A stretch of DNA of 64,000 nucleotides from Ignavibacteriota bacterium. Lineage in GTDB: Bacteria > Bacteroidota > Ignavibacteria > Palsa-1295. A program made the position numbers and the translations under genes. The notes beneath the pieces are model-generated. The model did not search any database, was not told where the DNA came from, and worked only from the letters and a program-made list of their open reading frames with translations. Of this stretch, positions 18,140 through 28,084 are shown piece after piece. Numbering within the stretch: position 1 is the first letter of the stretch; each line of letters begins with the position of its first letter. The stretch covers positions 224,001-288,000 of the forward strand of contig CAWBEI010000005.1 in NCBI GenBank assembly GCA_963787835.1, given 5' to 3'.

Positions 18140-19261
18140 CTACTCAAACAACCCTACCATCAGCTTCTTGATCTCCTCCTCCGTATTATAAAAATGCGGA
18201 GAAACGCGGAGGCGTCCCTGGCGGAGGGAGATAATAATGTTTTGCTTATGCAATCGCTCGAATACTTTTTCCGCATCGGGAAAATTGAAGGAAACGATTC
18301 CCGCGTGTTCTCGCTCGTCTTTGGGAGTAATAACTTCCAATCCGCGCTGCTCTAATCTATTGATGAGATAGCCAGAAAGATCGAGCACATTGTGCTCAAT
18401 TTCTTTCAGTCCATATTCAAAGAAGAACTTTAGCGAGGCATTTAGCGCAGTGATGCCTGCGAAATTTAGCGTGCCATTTTCGAAGCGGGCAGCGCCGGAG
18501 CGGAGTTCGTCAGGACGCAGTGTGAAATCGAAGGGATTCTCAATGCTCGTCCATCCCAGTGAGGCTTGGTGAATGCGTTCGATGGCGCGGTCGCCGGCGT
18601 ATATGAATGCTACGCCAGTATCTGCCATCATCCATTTATGCGAGCCGTTAGAGAGAAAATCTATGTTGTCGCGCTCGACATCGATCGAGCAATGGGGAAG
18701 TGATTGTATTGTATCGACAGCAAAGAGAATATCGCGTTCGCGACAGAGCTTTCCGATGGATGTGAGGTCAGCTTTGGCTCCCGTCGCAAATTGCACATGG
18801 CTGAGCGCGACAAGCTTAGTTCTTGAGGTCAGATGGTCGGCAACATCTTGCGGGGTGACTTTGAAGTGTTTTGTGGGAATTATGTCAACTTCGACACCCT
18901 GCGTTCGCAGATTCAAGAAAGGATACACGTTTGCAGGAAATTCCAGATCGTTCAGCAACACGCGGTCGCCCTGTTTCCAATCGAGGCCTTGCGCTATAAT
19001 GTTGAGTCCATCGCTGGTATTAAGCACGAACGCCATCTGATCGGCGCGAGCGTGGATCATTTGCGCAAGCAGTTCCCGCGTTTCCTGAACGGTTTTCATG
19101 ATCCACGGATATGGCTCGATGCCTTTGAGAGCTCGTCGCGTTTGGTAGCGATCGACCGCATCGCGCACCCGGAACGAAAGCGGCGCAACTGCGGCATGAT
19201 TCATATAGACCATGCCACTCATGGTGTGCGGGAATTCCCGGCGAGCTTGATCCTTCGTCAT
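18140..19261 (-). CDS. Aminotransferase class V / cysteine desulfurase-like PLP enzyme
   Basis: YMNHAAVAP, NTSDG, EFPANVYP, GSHKW, RFENGT, RVSPHFYN; start reset to MTKDQARREFP. Confidence 0.92.
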   Translation of the reverse strand: MTKDQARREFPHTMSGMVYMNHAAVAPLSFRVRDAVDRYQTRRALKGIEPYPWIMKTVQETRELLAQMIHARADQMAFVLNTSDGLNIIAQGLDWKQGDRVLLNDLEFPANVYPFLNLRTQGVEVDIIPTKHFKVTPQDVADHLTSRTKLVALSHVQFATGAKADLTSIGKLCRERDILFAVDTIQSLPHCSIDVERDNIDFLSNGSHKWMMADTGVAFIYAGDRAIERIHQASLGWTSIENPFDFTLRPDELRSGAARFENGTLNFAGITALNASLKFFFEYGLKEIEHNVLDLSGYLINRLEQRGLEVITPKDEREHAGIVSFNFPDAEKVFERLHKQNIIISLRQGRLRVSPHFYNTEEEIKKLMVGLFE

Positions 19262-19281
19262 ACTGTTGAGCTTAATTTCAG

Positions 19282-19404
19282 TGTCATTGCGAGGAGAATT
19301 CAACGACCGGAGGGAGTTGGATTCGACGAAGCAATCTGTTGGGATATGCAAAGAGATTGCTTCGTCGGAATTGCTCCGCTCCGCAATTCCTCCTCGCAAT
19401 GACA
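19282..19404. repeat. Second TGTCATTGCGAGGAG...CTCCTCGCAATGACA palindromic element
   Basis: Same termini and internal GACGAAGCAATCT as the 6011 copy; intergenic between kdsB and the aminotransferase. Confidence 0.92.
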
Positions 19405-19427
19405 ATGATAACATTGTAGAATCGACA

Positions 19428-20195
19428 TTACAATTCTCTCTGGGAAAGAAGCAACTCAACTTTCTTAACATCCTCCGCAGTATCGACCGCAACCGATTCA
19501 TACTCCACATGCACACACCGGATAGGAATTCCATTTTCGAGCAATCGCAGTTGTTCGAGGCGTTCGGCGCGTTCGAGAGGGCTTTCGCCAAACTCGACAA
19601 ATAATTTCAAAACGTCCGCTCGATACGCATACACGCCAATGTGCTTGTAATACCGATGTTGCTGCGGCCAGTAAAAAACAGAGTCCCAACCAAGCTCACG
19701 ATGAAATGGAATAGGATGCCGCGAAAAATAGAGCGCATCGTCGAATTTATTTTTAGCAACAAAAACCACGTTCGGATTTGTCAATTCTTCCGCGTGTTTG
19801 AGCGTCGTGATCGGAGTTGCGACTTTCAATTCAGGAACGTGTGCCATTTCCCGTGCAAGTGAACTAATGACTTCAGGATCGATCAGAGGTTCATCGCCCT
19901 GCACATTGATGACAATATCATCACTGCTAAGGTCCAGCTTTGCGGCAGCTTGCGCTACGCGATCAGTGCCGGATGGGCAATCGGGCGAAGTCATGATAAC
20001 GCCCCCACCAAACCGGTTGACCTCATCGGCAATATCGGGATGATCGGTCGTAACATAGACGGCATCGATCCCGGTGGCTTTTTTACATTGGCGATAGACC
20101 CGCTCGACCATCGTCATTCCGGAGATCACGGCCAACGGCTTTGCCGGAAGCCGCTGGGATGCGTAGCGGGAGGGTATTATGATGATGGTTTGCAA
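19428..20195 (-). CDS. kdsB: 3-deoxy-manno-octulosonate cytidylyltransferase
   Basis: IPSRYASQRLPAKPL, SGTDR, NVQGDEP, YFSRHPIP, HIGVYAY, ERLEQLRLLE. Confidence 0.97.
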   Translation of the reverse strand: MQTIIIIPSRYASQRLPAKPLAVISGMTMVERVYRQCKKATGIDAVYVTTDHPDIADEVNRFGGGVIMTSPDCPSGTDRVAQAAAKLDLSSDDIVINVQGDEPLIDPEVISSLAREMAHVPELKVATPITTLKHAEELTNPNVVFVAKNKFDDALYFSRHPIPFHRELGWDSVFYWPQQHRYYKHIGVYAYRADVLKLFVEFGESPLERAERLEQLRLLENGIPIRCVHVEYESVAVDTAEDVKKVELLLSQREL

Positions 20196-20199
20196 GTCG

Positions 20200-20207
20200 C
20201 AAAAATA
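20200..20207 (-). promoter_or_regulatory. -7 promoter box TATTTTTG just upstream of the kdsB start
   Basis: Consensus match 4 nt before the TTG start. Confidence 0.5.
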
Positions 20208-20339
20208 CGCAACTTTGATGTAATCGTTTCGAATATGTAATCAATTGAAATTTGCGAAGTGTTATCAGCGTTCATTATATGGCAGACCCAAGTCCAAGTA
20301 AGATCTATCGCCTGACACCAAAGTTTATTCCCAGAACTG

Positions 20340-21050
20340 ATGCTCGAAATTCGTGACCTCCACGTTTCTTACGGTGGGATCAAAGCGCTAAAAGGTATTT
20401 CACTCGATGTCGGGGAAAGTGCTATTGTAACGCTTATTGGCGGTAATGGCGCTGGGAAGACAACGCTGCTTCGCACGATCTCCGGTTTGTTGAAAGCCCG
20501 TCACGGTTCGATCTGCTGGAATACCCATGAGTTGACACACATGAAGCCGCATGATGTGGTGAAGCTCGGGATCGCGCAAGCGCCCGAGGGCCGGATGATC
20601 TTTGCCAACCTGACCGTTCAGGAAAATTTACGCATGGGAGCTTATCTCCGAAAAGACACCGAGGGTATCAAACGCGATCTCGAATTTGCCTTCAACATTT
20701 TTCCCCGCCTTAAAGAACGATTGTGGCAGCCGGGCGGGACGCTTTCCGGTGGCGAACAGCAAATGTTGGCTATTGCTCGCGCGCTGATGTCAAGTCCTAA
20801 GATGCTGCTGCTCGACGAACCCTCGCTCGGAATTGCTCCGAAATTGGTACGTACGATCTTTGAAAAGATCGTCGAGATCAATCGTGAACTTGGCGTGACC
20901 ATCCTTTTGGTCGAGCAGAATGCCAATCTTGCGCTTGCCATTGCGCATACGGCGTACGTGATCGAAACGGGAAAGATCGTGCTCTCAGGTCCGGCAAAAG
21001 AGCTTGCGCAGAACGAGGACGTGAAACGCGCCTATTTGGGAACAGCATGA
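20340..21050 (+). CDS. livF: Branched-chain amino acid ABC transporter ATPase (LivF-like)
   Basis: GGNGAGKTT, PEGRMIF, LSGGEQQMLAIARAL, DEPSLG, VEQNA. Confidence 0.92.
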   Translation: MLEIRDLHVSYGGIKALKGISLDVGESAIVTLIGGNGAGKTTLLRTISGLLKARHGSICWNTHELTHMKPHDVVKLGIAQAPEGRMIFANLTVQENLRMGAYLRKDTEGIKRDLEFAFNIFPRLKERLWQPGGTLSGGEQQMLAIARALMSSPKMLLLDEPSLGIAPKLVRTIFEKIVEINRELGVTILLVEQNANLALAIAHTAYVIETGKIVLSGPAKELAQNEDVKRAYLGTA

Positions 21051-22579
21051 GCGAACCGGTTCCCATTGGCCGGCGAGCCGTCCGTGGTGCTGCACTGCTG
21101 ACCGGCGCAACGTATATCTCGCTGCTGCTTGGCATAGCGGCTCGAAAGGCAACCGCGTTGCTTTTGACGCCGGAGCAAGTTGGCGTGTATCAGGCGGCGC
21201 TCAGTTTTGTCGATCTTGTGGTTAGTTTTGCAGCATTCTCGTTCACCAGCGCCATTATTAATGTTCGGGATAATCTTGTATCGGAACCGCTGCCGAACTT
21301 AAAAGAAAATGTATTTATTCTGACGGTTGCGACGAACGGGTTTTTCACCATACTCGCGATGGCATTGGGTCTTTTTTCGCTCTCGAAAGTGCATGGTGAA
21401 ATACTGGCCTCTCTTGTTGGTATTTACGCCGTTCAAAGGTTCATTTCTTCGCTCGATACCTTCTACACTCAGATCCTCGAAAGGGAACTGTCTTATTCGA
21501 AGGTGTCTCGCGTTACGCTCATTGTCAACATCATTCTACACGCTGCTTCAGTCGCGTTTGCCCTGATGGGCGGCGGAGCCTGGGCCATCCCGCTTGCGAC
21601 GATTCTTTCCACGACAGTTGGCTACCGGCTCGATAGATATTACGTAAAAAAATCAGGACTTGCTACGCTGAAAAAACAACCGTGGAAATATTACGATCGT
21701 GGCACTGCTCGCTGGCTTTGGAGATTTGGGACGAAGGTGCTCTTCAACCGGGTATTCGAAAGCTGGCTTTTCAAGATCGATAATCTTGCGGTTGCGTTTC
21801 TGTTTGGGTCGTTCTATTTGGGATATTATGCGCAGGCATTTACGATAGCGTTGTTGCCATCAACAGCAGTTGCGCCGATCGTTGCCAGGGTTTCGATCGC
21901 AACCTACGCCGGTATCCAACACGACCGTTCCATGCTGGAGCGGGCTTTTGCCATCACCAATTTTTTTCTTGTCCGGCTCATGGTACCAGCTACCATCTTC
22001 CTCGCATTCGAGAGCAAGGACATCGTTCGTGTATTCCTTTCCTCGAATTGGGGTGGCGTCTCCGAGCCTTTAACCGCGCTTGCAGGATTGGTTCTTACCG
22101 TTCCCCTTTTTGAGAATGCCAAGATGATCTTAGGTGCAACGCTAAAGCTAACAGAAATTTCTGTGATTCGCGGACTTCAACTATTGCTACTCGTTATTCT
22201 CATCGCATGTTTTCAATGGGGTGGTATTTTATACATCGCGCTCGCCGTTTCCTTCGTAAATGTTGCGGGTTATATCGGGCTGCTCCTCTACCTAAAGCGC
22301 ATTGTCGATCCGAAATGGCGGGAGAACTTTCTTTTGCCATTGATCACGGGCGTGCTTGTATCGTCGCTGGTCGGATTTGTATTGGAGCCGGCGCTTTCTT
22401 CATCGTTACCGGTAGCCGTCGGGATGGAAACACCAGTGTTCCGTCTTATCATATTTGGTGTAATAATATTGGCAGCGTGTTTATTGCTCGAATATCCGTT
22501 CAACCGTCAACTGTTCCGAGAGCGATTGTCTGAAGTTGCCTCGAAATTCAGTCGCTCTACCAATCCCTCCTCCACATGA
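21047..22579 (+). CDS. Polysaccharide flippase (Wzx/PST family)
   Basis: Multi-TM; LLTPEQVG, IDNLAV...LGYYAQAF. Confidence 0.85.
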   Translation: MSEPVPIGRRAVRGAALLTGATYISLLLGIAARKATALLLTPEQVGVYQAALSFVDLVVSFAAFSFTSAIINVRDNLVSEPLPNLKENVFILTVATNGFFTILAMALGLFSLSKVHGEILASLVGIYAVQRFISSLDTFYTQILERELSYSKVSRVTLIVNIILHAASVAFALMGGGAWAIPLATILSTTVGYRLDRYYVKKSGLATLKKQPWKYYDRGTARWLWRFGTKVLFNRVFESWLFKIDNLAVAFLFGSFYLGYYAQAFTIALLPSTAVAPIVARVSIATYAGIQHDRSMLERAFAITNFFLVRLMVPATIFLAFESKDIVRVFLSSNWGGVSEPLTALAGLVLTVPLFENAKMILGATLKLTEISVIRGLQLLLLVILIACFQWGGILYIALAVSFVNVAGYIGLLLYLKRIVDPKWRENFLLPLITGVLVSSLVGFVLEPALSSSLPVAVGMETPVFRLIIFGVIILAACLLLEYPFNRQLFRERLSEVASKFSRSTNPSST

Positions 22580-23634
22580 GCACACGCCTTTCGGATTACG
22601 ATTATCCGCTGCCGGAGCACCTCATCGCAAAATATCCGCCTGCGGAGCGGGGGGATTCGCGATTGTTGGTAGTGCATCGCAACTCACGTACTTGGGATGA
22701 TAAAAAATTCTCAGATATTTTGGAATATCTGAACCCCGGCGATGTTTTAGTTCTCAATAAAACAAAAGTAATTCCAGCGCGGCTTATCGGAGTTCGAACG
22801 CGAACCGGTGCGAAGATCGAAGTTCTGTTACTTCAAAGGCTTCCCGATGAACAGGAACGCTGGAAAGTTTTGATGGCTCCAGCGCGTAAGGCGCCGCTGG
22901 GGGAGATTATCACATTCGATGGCCTCTCTTGTGAAGTCGAGCAAGAAATTGGGGAAGGCGAAAAGATCGTTCGCTTTGATGAGTCGAGCGCGGACTTTTG
23001 GAAGGCGATCGAGCGTATTGGCGAAGTGCCGCTGCCACCTTATCTGCACCGCGCTCCTGAAGCATCTGACACGGAGCGCTATCAGACCGTTTTTGCATCG
23101 GTTCCCGGTGCCGTTGCAGCCCCAACAGCTGGATTGCATTTTACGAACGAGCTTCTCGATGCTATCCAGCAAGCAGGAGTGAAGATTGCGTACATTACCC
23201 TTCATACCGGCCTCGGTACATTCCGCCCTGTGGAATCCGAAGACATTACTCATCACAAGATGCACGAGGAATATTTTGAATTAGATGACTACAATGCAGA
23301 GATCATCAACAACGCAAAACGAGCAGGGAAGCGATGTATCGCGGTCGGGACTACCAGCGTTCGCGCCCTGGAAACGGTATCCGATGAAGCGGGCATCGTT
23401 CATATCGGTTCCGGGATGAGTGGGATCTTTATTTATCCGCCGTATCAATTCAAGGTTCCGGATGTCATTCTCACCAACTTCCATCTCCCACGCTCCACGT
23501 TGCTCATGATGATATCAGCGTTCATGGATAAGGGTTCATCCGGGGGCCGGGAATTTCTGATGCAATGTTACCAGCACGCGATCGAATCAGGATTCCGGTT
23601 CTTCAGTTATGGAGACGCTATGCTTATTCTTTAG
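22576..23634 (+). CDS. queA: S-adenosylmethionine:tRNA ribosyltransferase-isomerase
   Basis: PLPPYL, YQTVFA, AVAAPTAGLHFT, GTTSVR, TNFHLPRSTL, FFSYGDAMLI. Confidence 0.98.
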   Translation: MSTRLSDYDYPLPEHLIAKYPPAERGDSRLLVVHRNSRTWDDKKFSDILEYLNPGDVLVLNKTKVIPARLIGVRTRTGAKIEVLLLQRLPDEQERWKVLMAPARKAPLGEIITFDGLSCEVEQEIGEGEKIVRFDESSADFWKAIERIGEVPLPPYLHRAPEASDTERYQTVFASVPGAVAAPTAGLHFTNELLDAIQQAGVKIAYITLHTGLGTFRPVESEDITHHKMHEEYFELDDYNAEIINNAKRAGKRCIAVGTTSVRALETVSDEAGIVHIGSGMSGIFIYPPYQFKVPDVILTNFHLPRSTLLMMISAFMDKGSSGGREFLMQCYQHAIESGFRFFSYGDAMLIL

Positions 23635-23648
23635 TCAAGGAAGATCGC

Positions 23649-24260
23649 TCAGGCATTCAGGGCTTTCTTCAAGCGAGCGACTCGTTCGGCTCCAATTGCG
23701 CGTACTAATGGCGATTCGAGAAACTCCAGCAAAGGGATCTTTTCGCGCTTACCTCGGGATCGGCCGCCTTTGCATTCGGGTATTGTTTCATACACGATCT
23801 CGAATGTGTTCTCACCCGTCGGATAGATCCGGATCGGGAAAAGATGGCAACTGATGGGTTTTGGGAATCCTTCGATCTCGTCATTTCGGTAAGCGCGTTC
23901 AATGGCACAGAAGGCTACGCCTGAATTATCATTGTCATACATGACGAAAATGCAATCTCTGCCACGAATGGCAGGGATGGTGTGCGAACCATTCGGCTCT
24001 CGCTGCCAGAGACCGGATTTCTCAATGGCTGCTAACGACTTCTCACTCAGATATTTTTTGACTATAGGGAATACACGCTCCAGTTCCGCGATCTCGCTCT
24101 CTAATATTGGCGCACCGGCATCGGCAGGCATGGTGCAACAGGCTCCTTTGCAGACCGAGAGATCGCACGCGAAATCCGTCGAGCCGAGATTTCGTGCGGC
24201 TTCGAAGCGAACCGTCTCCGGATAAATAGGAAGTTGTAGGGCGTTCGGGTCAGACATCAC
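23649..24260 (-). CDS. DUF3109 family Cys-cluster protein
   Basis: FACDLSVCKGACC, GAP, CAIERAY, KPISCHLFPIR. Confidence 0.88.
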   Translation of the reverse strand: MMSDPNALQLPIYPETVRFEAARNLGSTDFACDLSVCKGACCTMPADAGAPILESEIAELERVFPIVKKYLSEKSLAAIEKSGLWQREPNGSHTIPAIRGRDCIFVMYDNDNSGVAFCAIERAYRNDEIEGFPKPISCHLFPIRIYPTGENTFEIVYETIPECKGGRSRGKREKIPLLEFLESPLVRAIGAERVARLKKALNA

Positions 24261-24271
24261 GAATTCTGACG

Positions 24272-25855
24272 TTACCGAGTGATGTCGATCTTTGCAAAAT
24301 TAACTCCAGATAAAGAAGTCATTTGCACGAAATAAGCGCCACTTGGAACTCCGGTTGGAATAGGAATACGGAATTCACCGGGACCATAAGTTCCATCCAA
24401 CAGCGTAGAGATCTTTCTGCCGAGCGCATCGAAAAGATCGATGGCGACGTGTCCGTGATCGGGAAGCGTAAAATCAATTCCCGGCAGTTTCATGTTGCCG
24501 GTTGATTGGATGCTTGCAGCGCTTATTTGCTGTTCCTCAACTCCGCTGAAAAGTGCATCGGAATCATTTACTAATGCGGTCCAGACGCTTAGCGCGCTGT
24601 CATCCATTCGCATCCATATTGGAAATACTTTGCGGTTGTAGGCAGCGATGTGAATGTAATCGCCAAAGAACACGCCGGAATCCGGCCCGAATGCGCTTTG
24701 GCTGATACGAGTGTTATTGAAGCTCGCTCCGCCATCGGTAGAGCGGGCGAGATACACATCGGTCTCGCTGTCCAGATAATGCCTGCGGTCGTAGAAGGCA
24801 AGAAAGAGATGCCCCGTAACGGGATCGATCGCCATGCTGGGGAAGAAGTGATGATTCAGCGCGCTATCGTTATTGACACGCAGCAGTTTGCTCCAGGTCG
24901 AGCCGCCGTCCGATGAATACATCGAATAGACATCCGTAATGCCTGTGCCTTGCGCCGTGCGGCGGCGTTGATCCGACCACATTACATACAATCTGCCGTA
25001 ATAGGGAGATTGAGGATTGAGATCACTAACGATCATTGGGAACCCATTAGCACGAAAGATTCCGGGAATGACGAACTCCCATCCGCCGGGTTGATCGGCG
25101 ATCGCCCGTTCCTGACCAAAGGTTTTTCCACCATCCGTGGAACGGTTGAAATAAATTTCGTTGTGCCCTGACCAGACAATGTAGATTGTGCCATCCGGTC
25201 CCGATGTGGTGACCGCTCCTTCGACGGTGTTGCTGCTATCGACGCAATCGCCGCCCCAATGATCCACACGTACGCGCGGGCTCCAGTTCGCGCCATGGTC
25301 AGTAGTTTCGGAAAAGAATATCCGGGAGCTATCCTGTGGGCTTCGGCTCCCGTAGAGATCATCCTCGTTCCACGAAGTCATGATGGTGCCATTGGAAGAC
25401 GATTTGGAGCGGTCCAGGCCGAGCCAGGCTTTATCTTGCTGGGTTGGTGTGTCCAGGCCGATCTGTTCGCCGGAATCGAAGCTCATCCCTGCATCGAACG
25501 AACGCTGGACAACAACCCTCCAAAGGAATTCCGGCTGACCCCAAAGGCCAGAGAGATGTTCATAATAAAGAATACCGGAATCATCGAACATCACATTGGG
25601 ATCACCCCAGAAGCCATAGTGTGAACTGAGTCGCGTCCAATTCCATGACAAGCCACCATCGTTGGAGGAAAAGAAGTAATTCAAGTTCGAACCGGCCGCA
25701 AGTTGGTTCGTATTCTTCGGATTAATGGCAATAGTGACTTCCTCCGGATCGGTCAGGCTGGGATCGCTGACGCGAACATTCGTAAACGATTGGGCGCGCA
25801 AACCCTGAGCCGCACAGCAGGCAGCAAAAAACAGGACCAGGCACTTCGTTTGCAT
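24272..25855 (-). CDS. T9SS-secreted sialidase-like BNR repeat protein
   Basis: EVTIAINP, GDP, DKAW, SxDGGxTF repeats, FFGDY, CTD DALGRKI...SGAYFV. Confidence 0.85.
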   Translation of the reverse strand: MQTKCLVLFFAACCAAQGLRAQSFTNVRVSDPSLTDPEEVTIAINPKNTNQLAAGSNLNYFFSSNDGGLSWNWTRLSSHYGFWGDPNVMFDDSGILYYEHLSGLWGQPEFLWRVVVQRSFDAGMSFDSGEQIGLDTPTQQDKAWLGLDRSKSSSNGTIMTSWNEDDLYGSRSPQDSSRIFFSETTDHGANWSPRVRVDHWGGDCVDSSNTVEGAVTTSGPDGTIYIVWSGHNEIYFNRSTDGGKTFGQERAIADQPGGWEFVIPGIFRANGFPMIVSDLNPQSPYYGRLYVMWSDQRRRTAQGTGITDVYSMYSSDGGSTWSKLLRVNNDSALNHHFFPSMAIDPVTGHLFLAFYDRRHYLDSETDVYLARSTDGGASFNNTRISQSAFGPDSGVFFGDYIHIAAYNRKVFPIWMRMDDSALSVWTALVNDSDALFSGVEEQQISAASIQSTGNMKLPGIDFTLPDHGHVAIDLFDALGRKISTLLDGTYGPGEFRIPIPTGVPSGAYFVQMTSLSGVNFAKIDITR

Positions 25856-25868
25856 ACTACCAGAATGA

Positions 25869-25972
25869 TGTTGGGCAAACTTTAGTTTGCCAAAATGCTC
25901 AAATTACTGGACATCTGATACGAGATGGTTCATAAAACATGCCAGTGCTCTCAAACTAAAGTATAAGCAACA
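25869..25972. repeat. Degenerate REP doublet (CAAACTTTAGTTTG family)
   Basis: ggcaaactttagtttgcc ... caaactaaagt, matching the intact doublet at 36267. Confidence 0.6.
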
Positions 25973-26149
25973 TGGTTAAATTTCTCGTGGTGCTTTGACC
26001 GATAGCTTGCCGCCACACGCATGATTGATCGCCGACGATCGATCGCCGACGATCAATCATGTATTAAAGAACGAGCTAAAGCGTCGATGCTTCATAAGAT
26101 TGGAACCCGGAGCGTCGGCCAGAATGGTCGTTTCCGGGTTTTTCGTTTC

Positions 26150-28084
26150 ATGGCTGAAAATAACAATAATATCGTCGTTACCTACGATCCGCTGAAGGAA
26201 TTCCTTGCTCATTATGCTGACGCAAAATCGGTAAAAAGCGAAACGGTCTCCTATGCCGGGATGACGGTGGAGGAGCGGCTAAAGCAGCGCATTATCGATG
26301 GCGATAAACTCGGGCTGGATGACGATCTTCGGGAAGCGCTGCAAACATACTCTGCCCTGGAGATCGTGAACGACATTTTGCTCGGAGGCATGAAGGTTGT
26401 CGGCGACCTCTTCGGAGCAGGGGAGATGCAGCTACCGTTTGTATTGCAATCGGCAGAGACGATGAAGGCCGCAGTGAAATTCCTCGAACCTTTTATGGAA
26501 AAGGTCGAGGGCGAACAGTCGAAGGGTGTCATGGTTCTTGCTACCGTGAAGGGTGATGTGCATGACATAGGGAAGAATTTGGTCGATATAATTCTTACGA
26601 ATAATGGCTATCGTGTTGTGAATTTAGGAATTAAAGTTGCGCTTGAGCCCATGCTCGAAGCGGCTGCGCGCGAACACGCCGATGCGCTTGGAATGTCCGG
26701 CCTGCTTGTGAAATCAACGGCCATCATGAAAGAGAATCTCGAAGTGATGCAATCGCGCAACATTCGCATTCCCGTTGTGCTTGGCGGTGCTGCGCTGACA
26801 CGTAAGTTTGTTGAAAAGGATCTGCGAGCATTGTATGAGGGAACCTTAGCTTATGCCCAGGATGCCTTCGATGGGTTGCATTTTATGGAGCAACTAAAAA
26901 ACCCTGTAGCGCCGGCGTCCTCGCCGGTCCCCAAGCTTGACAAAATGGGAACCGGCGAGGACGCCGGCGCTACAAGTTCACTTGATTTTGAAGAAGAACT
27001 TGATAACGCTACAGGCTCCGATTCTAAAATTTTGATGGCGAACCGCGTTTTGCCCTGGCTGCAGCATCCGCAGAAGACTTCATCCAGCGCAGAGAAAAGC
27101 GTTGAGTTGGAAGCATTGCAGGAACAGATCGCAGATTTCCCGATCGCAGTAAAACGCATTGAAACAGCAGAGGGAACCGAAAAACTGATCCGCACCAGTG
27201 CAACTCCGCACGATAATCCCATTCCAACTCCGCCTTTCTGGGGATCGCGGGTAGTTGAGGATATTAAGTTGGAAAAAGTTTGGGAATATCTGAATGAGGT
27301 CGCACTATTTCGTGGACAGTGGCAAATGAAGCGCGGCAAAAAATCCCCGGAGGAATTCGAGAAGCAGGTCGAAGAAGTTGCCAGACCTAAATTGCAGGAA
27401 ATGAAGCTTCGCGCAAAACGCGACCGGGTGCTTGCGCCCAAAGTAGCCTACGGATATTTCCCATGCTGGTCGGAAGGTGAGGATCTGGTTATTCTAAAGC
27501 CTCGTCAGTTAGGCTCATCGGACTTATATGTCCCATGGGACTTATCGGCGCTGCCTCTTGGTAGTCTTGTGGAATGGGAGCGATTCACGTTTCCACGCCA
27601 GCCGACGGCACGGCGGTTGTGTTTGTCGGATTTCTATCTTCCGAAAGAGGAAGCTATTCGCCGCAACCAACCAGATGTGGTCTCATTTACAGCCGTAACG
27701 GTTGGGCGCGAGGCGAGTATCTACACCAAGCGTCTCTTCGAGGCCAACGACTATGCTGATTATTTATACATGCACGGCCTGTCGGTGGAAACCGCTGAGG
27801 CGCTTGCAGAATATTGGCACAAGATCGTTCGAACCGAGCTTGGGATCGCTGGGAACGATGCGCCGGAAATAACTCGCCTGTTCAGTCAGGGGTATCAGGG
27901 GTCGCGATATTCGTTCGGGTATCCTGCTTGCCCGAACTTGGAAGACCAAACGAAGCTGTTCGATCTCATTCGTCCCGAACGCATCGATATTACATTGACG
28001 GAAGAATATCACCTCGAACCCGAGCAATCGACGACGGCCATTATTGCTCATCATCCGAGCGCGAAGTATTTCTCGATCAAGTAG
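26150..28084 (+). CDS. metH: Methionine synthase C-terminal half (cap, cobalamin-binding and AdoMet reactivation domains only)
   Basis: GMKVVGDLFGAGEMQLPFVLQSAE, ATVKGDVHDIGKNLV, SGLLVKS, GGAAL, RYSFGYPACP, PEQST; Hcy- and folate-binding domains absent. Confidence 0.9.
   Translation: MAENNNNIVVTYDPLKEFLAHYADAKSVKSETVSYAGMTVEERLKQRIIDGDKLGLDDDLREALQTYSALEIVNDILLGGMKVVGDLFGAGEMQLPFVLQSAETMKAAVKFLEPFMEKVEGEQSKGVMVLATVKGDVHDIGKNLVDIILTNNGYRVVNLGIKVALEPMLEAAAREHADALGMSGLLVKSTAIMKENLEVMQSRNIRIPVVLGGAALTRKFVEKDLRALYEGTLAYAQDAFDGLHFMEQLKNPVAPASSPVPKLDKMGTGEDAGATSSLDFEEELDNATGSDSKILMANRVLPWLQHPQKTSSSAEKSVELEALQEQIADFPIAVKRIETAEGTEKLIRTSATPHDNPIPTPPFWGSRVVEDIKLEKVWEYLNEVALFRGQWQMKRGKKSPEEFEKQVEEVARPKLQEMKLRAKRDRVLAPKVAYGYFPCWSEGEDLVILKPRQLGSSDLYVPWDLSALPLGSLVEWERFTFPRQPTARRLCLSDFYLPKEEAIRRNQPDVVSFTAVTVGREASIYTKRLFEANDYADYLYMHGLSVETAEALAEYWHKIVRTELGIAGNDAPEITRLFSQGYQGSRYSFGYPACPNLEDQTKLFDLIRPERIDITLTEEYHLEPEQSTTAIIAHHPSAKYFSIK
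26905..26974. repeat. GTAG-type REP doublet inside the metH CDS
   Basis: TGTAGCGCCGGCGTCCTCGCCGGT...ACCGGCGAGGACGCCGGCGCTACA perfect inverted arms. Confidence 0.9.

Noticed and set aside
19262-19600. N-terminal extension of the 18140-19600 ORF
   Set aside because: It runs through the palindromic element and overlaps kdsB; the family-typical start is ATG 19261, so I do not count it as a coding insertion.
26021-26149. Longer metH start MIDRRRSIADD, resembling the DRRR motif of full MetH
   Set aside because: It arises from the palindromic 14-mer repeat and the following residues are not MetH-like; probably coincidence.
25860-26150. Cobalamin or SAM riboswitch upstream of metH
   Set aside because: I could not recognise the conserved core motifs; an Rfam/Infernal scan would be needed.
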